A stretch of DNA of 34,686 nucleotides, from positions 1-34,686 of the IMG/VR virus record IMGVR_UViG_3300005512_000149. One strand, given 5' to 3'. The notes below the pieces were generated by a model that was given only the letters and a program-made list of their open reading frames with translations, did not search any database and was not told the DNA's origin. Shown here in pieces: positions 28,401 through 34,686 of this stretch. How positions within the stretch are numbered: the first letter of the stretch is position 1; the number at the start of each line of letters is the position of its first letter. This stretch comes from a virus. Taxonomy: Duplodnaviria; Caudoviricetes. A program made the position numbers and the translations under genes.

Positions 28401-31400
28401 AACTTGTTTTTGAGTATACTTGCCTTTCATTGTATATATGCCATTGCCAGCTATATTCAATGTCTTGGCATTAACAGAGTTTAGTGTTTCTACAATTTTA
28501 TTTGATCGCTTGTCTATGTCTGATAATTTATTAGCGTCAATAGGAATATACTTTTTGCCTTGATTTAGTACTGAAGATTTAGTGAGTCTTTCTCCAGCAC
28601 TATTAAAGTCCACCGCTATTGCAATGGTAGCATCAGCAGAAGCATTTTTAATAGTTCTGTTTCTGTAGCCTCTGGTTTGCTCCTCTTGAAAATCTATTTG
28701 GGAAACAGCAATGTCTTCTTCTTTGGCAGGCCCAATAGGTAGCTCTGCCCTAGGCTCTTCCTTTTGTACAGCTTTGATGTAAGCATCCCAAGCATCTCCA
28801 AGCTTTGTGTCCTTACCCATAAACGGGATAATGACATTCCGCATTCCAGAATCAAGAACGACGTAACCCCTTGGTATCTGCCCCTTGGGCATCGTCTTAG
28901 CAAGCTTCCCGTCATACATCTTATCCGTAGGAAGGGACTTGGATAACTGTAAGATACTTGATATGGCTACCTCACTTTGGAGTGGGTACATCTGCGACTG
29001 GCCACCGTAGTCAAAGCGTGGTCTTGTAACCCTACGGTTTATGTAGTTGATTATAGAGCGCTCGATGTAGTTACCAAAGCTTGTGACAAGCGTAGGGCTT
29101 ATCGCAGAGGGCTTGTCTAGAATTGCCTCAAGCTGACCACGAGCGCCAGCCATATCAGCGGCAAAGCTCATGTCGTCTACGCTTGATAGCCCGTCATCAT
29201 CTTGGCCAATCTCTTCGTCTGCTGCAACAATCTTGTTGCCTTCTTTCGGTGGTCTACCGAATATTATTTGGTGCATCGCGTGCTGATAGACTTCCAAGTT
29301 AAATGGATTCTTACCAAGCACATCTTCTACAAGAGACTGTATCGGAATGTTGTCTATATCAAAGTCAGACAGATCACCATTCAGATAGCGACGATACGCC
29401 TCAGCATCTCCCTCGATAGACTCAGATATATACGAATCCATCACGCTGGATACAGCGCCTTCATCGTCTCGTATAGTAGTCAGTAACTGTAGTGGTATAT
29501 TGTTCTTGCGTGTAGGTACACGAACACCCTTTACAAACTTAGACGTAATCGCAAGAGACCTGTGCTGAGAAGCACCAGGGTTCATTCTGAACGCACTGAA
29601 TGGTGTGACGTAAGTCTCGGGGTCTGTTGTTACTGCGCCCTTGTCGTCAAAGAAGTCTATGGACTTAATGACACCGTTCTCATCGGTAGATGTCTTTCGC
29701 TTGTACAGCTTGCGTGTACCACGGATCTTGCTTGACGTATCCATCACGATCATCCCTATGCCGCCACGACCCATCCTTTCCATTTGTTCAGAAAGATCGT
29801 CGCTTGCGCGCAGGAAGAACGCCTTATTAAAGTCCAAGCCGTCTACGCCGTTGTTGTGTACCGTAGATAGCTTAAGGCCACTCTCACCACCAGACTGACC
29901 CATAAGATCAGCCATTCTATCGTAGAGATTGTTGTGCACGTATACGTAGCCGTCATACACTTCTTCTACGGGCTTACCGTCTGCGTACTTGTATGGTACG
30001 TATCCGTCCATATCAAGATCGCCTTGTACATACATTGTACGCACACCACCTACACGGCCATAGGTAGGTACTTGCGCTCTCCTGACAGATGGGGCTGCCT
30101 CTCTTTCTGTGTCTTGTAGTATGTTGCTTATAGCATCTTGTCTCTTGCCGAACACACCACCGACAGGTACAGCGCTTGGGATCTCGCCTTCTGTTGGTAC
30201 ATACTCTGTTCGATACTCCCTGCCGCCAGCAGTGGCTGTACCAGTAACACGCTCTACATCAGCAGGATCTCCAAGCTTGTAGGTTTGCCAGCCACCTTTG
30301 ACCTTGGATATAAAGAACTGTCCAAGCTCTCCGAAGTCGTATCGGTAGCCCATTGCAGGTACTGACCCTATGCCTTCTACGTTAAGGGTTAGTCCTTCTC
30401 GACCCCTACGGTTGCTACCACCCGTGTACGCAAGATCTCCAAATCGCTTCTTAGCCATGATGGGCTGTATAGCAATGCGGTCAAAGAACGAAGCTGGTAC
30501 AGGCATATTACCATCGGTAATACCCTGCATACGTTTGTTGAGATCAGCTGCGTTCTTGAATAGCTTGCCTTCACCGAAGAACATACGCTTGAGTGAGGCA
30601 GCTATATCCAGTGGATCTGCTGTAAGCGTAGGCTGGTCGTAAATACGACCAAGCATAATCATATTGTTCAGAAGCGCATTCTTCCGAAAGCTTCTTTCAA
30701 CACCAGATGGAGTAAGCAACGAGCCTACTTCTACCATCTTTCTGATTTCGCTCTCGCTTACGCCAGAATCTCTGAGCCTTGAGTATATGTTGCGCAGTAA
30801 GGGATCAACTTCGTTTGGCTTAACGCCAAGTCCTTCCCAAACATATCCCTTGGTTACAATAAGCTGACCACTGTCTTTCCTAAACTGAAATGGTATCCAG
30901 CCTTTGTTCACAAGGTCTTTTACAAGAAGGGAAGCATCGCCATCTATGCCCTTCTCTGCAAGCTCTAAATCTTCGTAGACCTGTTTAATACCAGTAAAGG
31001 AATCTGCTGCGCCACCCTTTGTCCAAGTTACTCTCTGCCCTTTTCTTTCTCCAAATAGAGCAATATCTAGATACCGTACCTCAACACCAGCGTCTTCAAG
31101 TACGGCATCAAGCAGGGTCGTGTCGTAGTCTTCAGATATTTTGTCACCATTAGGAAGAACATTTTCAAAGTCGTCTCCCTTAGACCCAGCCGTGTGTAGA
31201 GTTACATTTACTTCTTCACCCTCCTTATTCCTTACGTATACAAGTTTTTTCTTAGCTGTCTTGGTAGGACTAATCTCACGAAGAAGGGCTTGTACTATAT
31301 CAGACTTGCCTGAGTGCGTATCTATATAGTCCTTCAAAGCACTATATCGGTTACGAGTCTGAACAAATCTGCGTGTCTCAGCCTCAGTAGCGCCCTTCTT

Positions 31401-33110
31401 TATCTCTGCGTCTGCTGGGTATAGAGACAGGTCATCAAAGAATTTAGTAAGCTCTATGTCGTTGAACTTGCGCGTTCCTTCCTTGATCTCACTAGCAAAC
31501 TGCCTAATCTTGCCACCGACAAGCGCTAGGTCTTCTGGGCCAACGAAGGTAGCAATACGCTGTAATGGCTTCTGAAGCGTAAGTGGTACGTCGTGATCTT
31601 CAAGCGTCTGTCGTATGGAGGCGTTTTCTACAGCGTCTGATCGTGTACCTTCTAGGATACCATCAATCAAGAACTTGGTCTTGCCAAGCTCATCAAGCGC
31701 TTCGTAAGCAGCCTGCTCGTTGATTTCCCTTGCATTAGGATCAGCCGTAGGCTCTTCCGTCTTAGTGCCTACGCCAAAGGACTCTAGGGCTTCGCGCTCT
31801 GCTTCTGCCGACCGTGACTGCTCAGCTTCGGCAATAGCCTCTGCTTCCATATTGGTCGTCTCTTCGTCGATACCTTCCTTGACACGTTTGATGAAAGCCA
31901 TCTCAGCGTATGAGTTGGCAGCATCAGCATCGTTGCGTGTAGCGGCATCAATCGCAAGATTACGAAAGTAGTTAGAGTCACCTGCGGCATCAGCGGCAGA
32001 TATAAGGCTTATGGCCTCACCAAGACCTACCGTTTGCTGAACACCTTCTTTGTCTACGTAGTTTATGTTGGCGGCAAGCGTAAGGTCGAACTGCTCTTTA
32101 ACGATCTCTTGTACGTCCGTAGGCAGATCAGCAAACTCTGGATCCTTCATCGCCTGTGCAATGGCCGTTCCCTTGAACATATGGGAAGTACCCTGCATCT
32201 TACGAGCCATATATCCATTGGCTCTAATCTCGTTGAAGGGCAGATCGTCTGCGCCCAAGAGACCACCAAGTAGCGTGTGATATACGGTTATCGGAAGCGG
32301 GTCATCACGCAAGCCAGAATAAGCCCCAGAATAGGCCGCATTCGTCACGGCACGTAATGCTATGGCTGTACCACCCTTGCCAGGTATTGCGTTCGATACA
32401 GCCCTAAATACGGCGTTCTCAGTGGCACCTATAAGACCAGCCTCGCCAGCTTCTGAAAAGCCGTAAGGAAGGGTAGATACACCAGAGGCAACACCACCGA
32501 TAAAGCCTTCACGTAGCGCCGTGCCTGCTCTTGTTTCAGACAAGAACTTGACAGCGTTAGGCGACAGTCTCTTGCTTAGAGCGCCATAAGCTTTTTCTGC
32601 TACAAGAAACGGTACACTTGTGACACGCGTGTACGGCTTGCCGAACATCTCGCCCTTAGATATAAGGGAAGATCCAGCCCTGCCCGTAGCGCCAATGACT
32701 TTGGCTGCACGCTCGGTAGCACCAAAGGCTTTTCCAGCGGCAAGCACACCACGGGTAAGACCATTGAATCCTATCTTGGCTACTGTACCAACACCTGGGA
32801 TTATACCTAGAAAGCCAAGTACGTTACCTACGTTTCTAGATATAGCCTCAGCTATGTTGTCGGGATCATCGCCAGCTGGAAGGGTAGTAAAGCCTTGGAT
32901 AAACCCAAGACCAAACTGAGACAATACGCCACCGAAAGAGAAGTCGTTATTGTCACGCGCATCAAACTGTGCCTGCTGTAGTGTAAACAGAGACGGCGGT
33001 TGATCTACGCCTTGATACAAGCTAGAAATTGGCTCGTAATCTTGTGGCGCAAAAAGATCAGGGTTTGTCTCAAAGACACTACGAAGAGCGAAGATTTCGT
33101 CTTCGTTCAT
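22494..33110 (-). CDS. Giant polyvalent internal virion protein containing a two-barrel (DPBB) RNA polymerase and an inserted SLOG domain
   Basis: 3,538 aa. RFDYGGQS, YIRVP and LGGADLDGD match beta-prime-type barrel motifs; YDG, LK, NK and TSSK form a plausible second barrel. G/A-rich N-terminus; helical C-terminus resembling ejection/large polyvalent proteins. Confidence 0.8.
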   Translation of the reverse strand: MNEDEIFALRSVFETNPDLFAPQDYEPISSLYQGVDQPPSLFTLQQAQFDARDNNDFSFGGVLSQFGLGFIQGFTTLPAGDDPDNIAEAISRNVGNVLGFLGIIPGVGTVAKIGFNGLTRGVLAAGKAFGATERAAKVIGATGRAGSSLISKGEMFGKPYTRVTSVPFLVAEKAYGALSKRLSPNAVKFLSETRAGTALREGFIGGVASGVSTLPYGFSEAGEAGLIGATENAVFRAVSNAIPGKGGTAIALRAVTNAAYSGAYSGLRDDPLPITVYHTLLGGLLGADDLPFNEIRANGYMARKMQGTSHMFKGTAIAQAMKDPEFADLPTDVQEIVKEQFDLTLAANINYVDKEGVQQTVGLGEAISLISAADAAGDSNYFRNLAIDAATRNDADAANSYAEMAFIKRVKEGIDEETTNMEAEAIAEAEQSRSAEAEREALESFGVGTKTEEPTADPNAREINEQAAYEALDELGKTKFLIDGILEGTRSDAVENASIRQTLEDHDVPLTLQKPLQRIATFVGPEDLALVGGKIRQFASEIKEGTRKFNDIELTKFFDDLSLYPADAEIKKGATEAETRRFVQTRNRYSALKDYIDTHSGKSDIVQALLREISPTKTAKKKLVYVRNKEGEEVNVTLHTAGSKGDDFENVLPNGDKISEDYDTTLLDAVLEDAGVEVRYLDIALFGERKGQRVTWTKGGAADSFTGIKQVYEDLELAEKGIDGDASLLVKDLVNKGWIPFQFRKDSGQLIVTKGYVWEGLGVKPNEVDPLLRNIYSRLRDSGVSESEIRKMVEVGSLLTPSGVERSFRKNALLNNMIMLGRIYDQPTLTADPLDIAASLKRMFFGEGKLFKNAADLNKRMQGITDGNMPVPASFFDRIAIQPIMAKKRFGDLAYTGGSNRRGREGLTLNVEGIGSVPAMGYRYDFGELGQFFISKVKGGWQTYKLGDPADVERVTGTATAGGREYRTEYVPTEGEIPSAVPVGGVFGKRQDAISNILQDTEREAAPSVRRAQVPTYGRVGGVRTMYVQGDLDMDGYVPYKYADGKPVEEVYDGYVYVHNNLYDRMADLMGQSGGESGLKLSTVHNNGVDGLDFNKAFFLRASDDLSEQMERMGRGGIGMIVMDTSSKIRGTRKLYKRKTSTDENGVIKSIDFFDDKGAVTTDPETYVTPFSAFRMNPGASQHRSLAITSKFVKGVRVPTRKNNIPLQLLTTIRDDEGAVSSVMDSYISESIEGDAEAYRRYLNGDLSDFDIDNIPIQSLVEDVLGKNPFNLEVYQHAMHQIIFGRPPKEGNKIVAADEEIGQDDDGLSSVDDMSFAADMAGARGQLEAILDKPSAISPTLVTSFGNYIERSIINYINRRVTRPRFDYGGQSQMYPLQSEVAISSILQLSKSLPTDKMYDGKLAKTMPKGQIPRGYVVLDSGMRNVIIPFMGKDTKLGDAWDAYIKAVQKEEPRAELPIGPAKEEDIAVSQIDFQEEQTRGYRNRTIKNASADATIAIAVDFNSAGERLTKSSVLNQGKKYIPIDANKLSDIDKRSNKIVETLNSVNAKTLNIAGNGIYTMKGKYTQKQVDDFTYDLLKAVIESPNLKNKITSIRTGGQTGFDEAGAKAGLRLGIPTTILAPKGWTFRNVEGRDISNEQQFKDRFAGASFGKPAKEKVAAPSIKTQMEEALEALYIRVPMATQEGARNLKLAGFTNQRGYGVYMHGFDMNKLGGADLDGDKAFFIFDMDKTGGKSGPVRNYYRKFADTGVLKKSDDPLVSDVPTPVKDPKLDVIFDIRDEERFDSKFSVLNPVTNVYSGISARHGNQGIGAHALFPRRAQELIDVLREKVAQARKAGKDVVHIDSSVKVDLFGNKYVIRSWFSVDGFEDRVRETYRINNDLLQRSADSADVPMKNSLEERMQVVVDKLVNLGSEKASPGQPALSPPVEPKSVKASRIAVMEDAISLDSGKRTAENLYDYLNSISNFSKTKTKKSNIYYRSLSVLGKSFDINKLAPTKSSQLSDSKLRQNNPNPNNLRPSFMPHEGIIRMAERIRNESGKEGSPIQTFVGGGRAAFGAATNYKSRWQANGDIEASTIATALTETGKRALSQIKAKQNINDKEALAAMQQFNDKIFEIKNALNDATNRGDVEAIERAYARLDNIFERLSAVGRDVRSHYMMLLYSPINGLKKTKTGPVLDTNLRQAIRRYYGIRPDDVRMYFELISSVETGYSGKTTILRPKPETKATVAEPAPRVTRPSLMGDSPSTSVDSDIVSDPATQAAKAAGFEVNAEAERAYRVNGLDERKRMLGHLENIEAIKGAVDEAGVFDPSKKSGQEAQKLRDRMVAVFNRNPQLLEHFNEVFSYATGEASLFGPYTALSAADRDSIDRFLAFFEKPFDRGILQNLVNRAAAGEDGLLSKWLPYFFPDSIANAMKANDLIIGNDKVRKLVFTKDGVKNLPVRPVYSAGDEMVNTFKLANEAESENFSVFDRLINDLAGDIGDQGRNQDGDTMFKIAVGIREMNSYLRKERDGGLRLSKKQLIDAIESTESTIKIGNRSVEVPEEIMRFRDLYADYKRILELDRSYSFKMGGLGDKFIRLSAEEMMGTLGERDKAGAINKRITDIYKLVYEDYIGDYSEGNVPKRDAKFMVMDSAGDINYAASVDKLRKYMAQNGKLPNLTYNGVQRLMYEQQVQFYHQNRILVSRLTAQERDYIERHPSLSFAEGDDGIVVTGSSRDLREAGLLNRPVELYRKITSREDVIVQGEEGERPIQGVRRQNEYKVERVNGFDELNRFIREDVGGFEYQGNHPFENVVWKKDPSRDVNRGDDDEAYEVNILQAEEVDNIYAARRYKTRYNPVGKRDGDVYWARMNHDPAVVDKFVRGLKKPENPADERRMAVFLKNLIMQSKISSEMLSQDLQAIVNSYEPLRDGTDPVFTEAIVRTPSNLKARGFIPFPGWSSDITVLTDYSRSMVEAQAKAVSILLGQDTVKRFESRAVTENQIRPNLIVEWKDYLRTYLQSYLGISSLTTEGVASSDGTKGKTVGFFTSDEAVFEKWRTFDRRFFGGKYVQRQIDRDVENGMSQAEAERVAKQRASNWLRSFSRAEAKYQLATLLANTRSLTNNLVGGSAMTMASVGFRNFIRASRSDYMAGISPNLATTADRIREAERYGVIETFIQKEANLTPAFQTVIGRAALKDVLKLIKQNPLAKDSEIRTILRNRGLQDKLLSTAGWFMQFSERQVRTNAFWAHYLKAREVYNIDRTTRYNDPRLIELAKKGSDASQFLYNSASRPIASATPIGKIFSRFQLYAWNSVRFRRDVYQQAKALGFRQDTPEFERLRTALTADLMVLGLASTLPYSTFQAVAPVGFGALTSLSEYLFGDEEEREKAFFGILPYPANIIGLAAPPGLRILTTPVKGGMALFDLMLLNSSEDLELFLQNDLTSLIPFGSMVKNLYRAKESPQMSIEFLTGLPYMALSRTMNRLNSVDELYQMPFGSARLAVPAMTDKEKRARRKEIREEREDAMLDSESGTVVSGNSDEELNNAIRSMVMEFNYAVQSQ
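28144..28731 (-). other. In-frame AT-rich SLOG (YpsA/MoCo-carrier-like) domain insertion flanked by a 12-bp direct repeat
   Basis: TCTTTGGCAGGC at 28144-28155 and 28720-28731 (576 nt apart). Motifs YRNRTIKNASADAT, TLNIAGN and IRTGGQTGFDEAG. Confidence 0.75.
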
Positions 33111-33122
33111 GCGCTAATTACC

Positions 33123-33920
33123 CTATTCTGATTCTTGTTGTTGCGTTAAGCCAGACATATTAAGCGACGAGAATGCTGGAAGACCTACGTCCAAAAGAGC
33201 CCTGTCTACCATTCCCAGTACATTCTGCCTTTGAGTTTCATATTTGCTTTCAGTTGGCACGGCCTGAAGCGCAGAGCTAAGACTTGCATAAAGAGACGCA
33301 GGGTTGACATAAGCCGCTTCTATTTGCTCTTGCCTTAAGCCTCTAATTGCTGATGACAAGCTTGAGCCATAATTAGTAAACCTTTCCTCTGGTATGACTT
33401 CTGACACAATTTGCCTACTTCCAAAAATTGGAGCCCTTGTGCCGCCTGGAGTCCAAGGCTGGTCATATGTTGTTACATCTGGTGTAAAGTCTGCCTGACC
33501 AAGAAGCCTATTAAATGTAGAAGCTGTCTCTATCGGAGCCCTAGTCATCCTAAACTGATAAGCCCTATATGGGTCTTGTTGTTCAGGCTGCAAACTAATA
33601 AGCTGAGCTGGAGTAAATGTTGTTGTTACTTGCTGGCCGCCCCTTGTAGTAATAGTGGCCTCTCTTGATAGGCTTCTGAGATAGTCTTGATACTCTTTTT
33701 CCGTATCAAACTGTTCTCGTCTTAGTGCAACGTCTTGTCCCATTAGACCAATGCGCTCTGCATCTTGGGCTTCTGAGACACCAGCCGCACGAATCTGTTC
33801 AGCAAGAGCGCGTTCGCGTAGTTGTTGTGCTTGCTGTTGAAGGGCAAACTGTCTCTCTTGTTCTCGCCTCTGATCCATTGCAGAGACAGAGGTCATATAC
33901 TGTTCGTACAAACTAGCCAT
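33123..33920 (-). CDS. Putative internal virion (ejection) protein
   Basis: 265 aa with Q/R/E-rich N-terminal helix, directly upstream of the giant gene. Confidence 0.6.
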   Translation of the reverse strand: MASLYEQYMTSVSAMDQRREQERQFALQQQAQQLRERALAEQIRAAGVSEAQDAERIGLMGQDVALRREQFDTEKEYQDYLRSLSREATITTRGGQQVTTTFTPAQLISLQPEQQDPYRAYQFRMTRAPIETASTFNRLLGQADFTPDVTTYDQPWTPGGTRAPIFGSRQIVSEVIPEERFTNYGSSLSSAIRGLRQEQIEAAYVNPASLYASLSSALQAVPTESKYETQRQNVLGMVDRALLDVGLPAFSSLNMSGLTQQQESE

Positions 33921-33921
33921 T

Positions 33922-34686
33922 CTATCGCATCATTTGAGGGAAGTAAGCAGACGGGTCAAATCCAATAAGGTTTTGTATTGGAAACGAAGACGGAACTGGC
34001 GATGGCGTTCTCAATGGTATCTGACCCAATCCCATTCCTTGGTATCGACTTGTTCCAGCTAAAGCGCCAAGCATTCCAGTCTGCGCCATTGTTGGCCCAA
34101 CCTGCCCCATTCTTGGGTCAAGCATACTCATACTTCTTCTCATTGTAATCGGAGAAAGAACTGGTGCGCCAGCAACTCTTTGTGATGGCCCGTTTGATGG
34201 TAAGCCATAACCACCACCACCAGCTATAGGCAACATTCTGTTTGGTATTGCAGGCGCAGTAAAGTCTCTGAGCATAGGAACGTTTGGCATCATCCCAACA
34301 CGAGAAGGCGCGGGCAATGGTTCAGGCATAGACTGTGGCACGGAGGTTCCAACGGGAATGTTTTGTAATGGTGCGCCCATAAATATGCCCTCAGTGCCTG
34401 GCATTCCAAGCATCTGAAGGTTTAGCGTGTCTGCTTCTGGAATAACATCAGTAGGCGCAACGGGCGTATCCATTAGTGCTGCGCTTTGATTACCATAAGC
34501 ACTAGCCATATTCTGTGCTCTTTGCCCATCCATCATCCTACGAATACCAACATCCAAGGCAACACCACCAATGTCTCGCATCGCGCCACCGAGTAGTGAC
34601 TGCGTATCACGCGCTTGGTTCTGCATAGCTTGCGCTTGGAAGGCGCGCTGACGACCCGTTTCAAGGGCTCCTAAGTAGGCGTTACT
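33922..34686 (-). CDS. Putative internal virion (ejection) protein, partial; M/P/G/Q-rich low complexity
   Basis: Frame stays open from 34626 to the window edge (SNAYLGALETGRQRAFQAQA-MQNQ...). Confidence 0.6.
   Translation of the reverse strand, partial: SNAYLGALETGRQRAFQAQAMQNQARDTQSLLGGAMRDIGGVALDVGIRRMMDGQRAQNMASAYGNQSAALMDTPVAPTDVIPEADTLNLQMLGMPGTEGIFMGAPLQNIPVGTSVPQSMPEPLPAPSRVGMMPNVPMLRDFTAPAIPNRMLPIAGGGGYGLPSNGPSQRVAGAPVLSPITMRRSMSMLDPRMGQVGPTMAQTGMLGALAGTSRYQGMGLGQIPLRTPSPVPSSFPIQNLIGFDPSAYFPQMMR

Noticed and set aside
28144-28731. Intein or intron in the RNAP
   Set aside because: No Cys/Ser N-terminal block, no His-Asn/Cys junction, no LAGLIDADG motif and no frame interruption; the motifs match a SLOG domain.
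22516-33668. Many short plus-strand ORFs opposite the giant gene
   Set aside because: Antisense shadows of a long coding frame; no RBS or recognisable motifs.
1-34686. Stop-codon reassignment as in some crAss-like phages
   Set aside because: Genes are long and tightly packed under the standard code; TAA, TAG and TGA all end credible genes.

Overview
The window is a large part of a tailed dsDNA phage genome, probably podovirus-like and lytic; no integrase was seen. Minus-strand morphogenesis genes lie at both ends. The left end (1-10.1 kb) has head-completion genes, a major capsid protein resembling the SU10/DUF5309 family, scaffold, P22-like portal, terminase and a DUF5675 protein. The right end (22.5-34.7 kb) has internal/ejection proteins, including a 3,538-aa giant. 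Between them is a complete plus-strand early/replication block: Sak4-like ATPase, SSB-like protein, DUF932, AEP primase-helicase, resolvase, Gp157, two Trp-Gly pentapeptide-repeat paralogs, a multi-HTH protein and MazG, with no recognisable DNA polymerase. Highlights: (1) the giant protein carries motifs of a single-chain two-barrel RNA polymerase (GGADLDGD), so it is probably a virion-packaged RNAP; (2) an AT-rich, circularly permuted SLOG domain flanked by a 12-bp direct repeat is inserted in frame inside its catalytic barrel; (3) the early operon has a structured, possibly switchable leader and long G-U-containing RNA hairpins followed by ACAAC-rich leaders between genes; (4) further structured non-coding segments are present; (5) the portal gene and the gene after the capsid both look internally deleted. 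All family assignments come from motif recognition by eye, not database searches.
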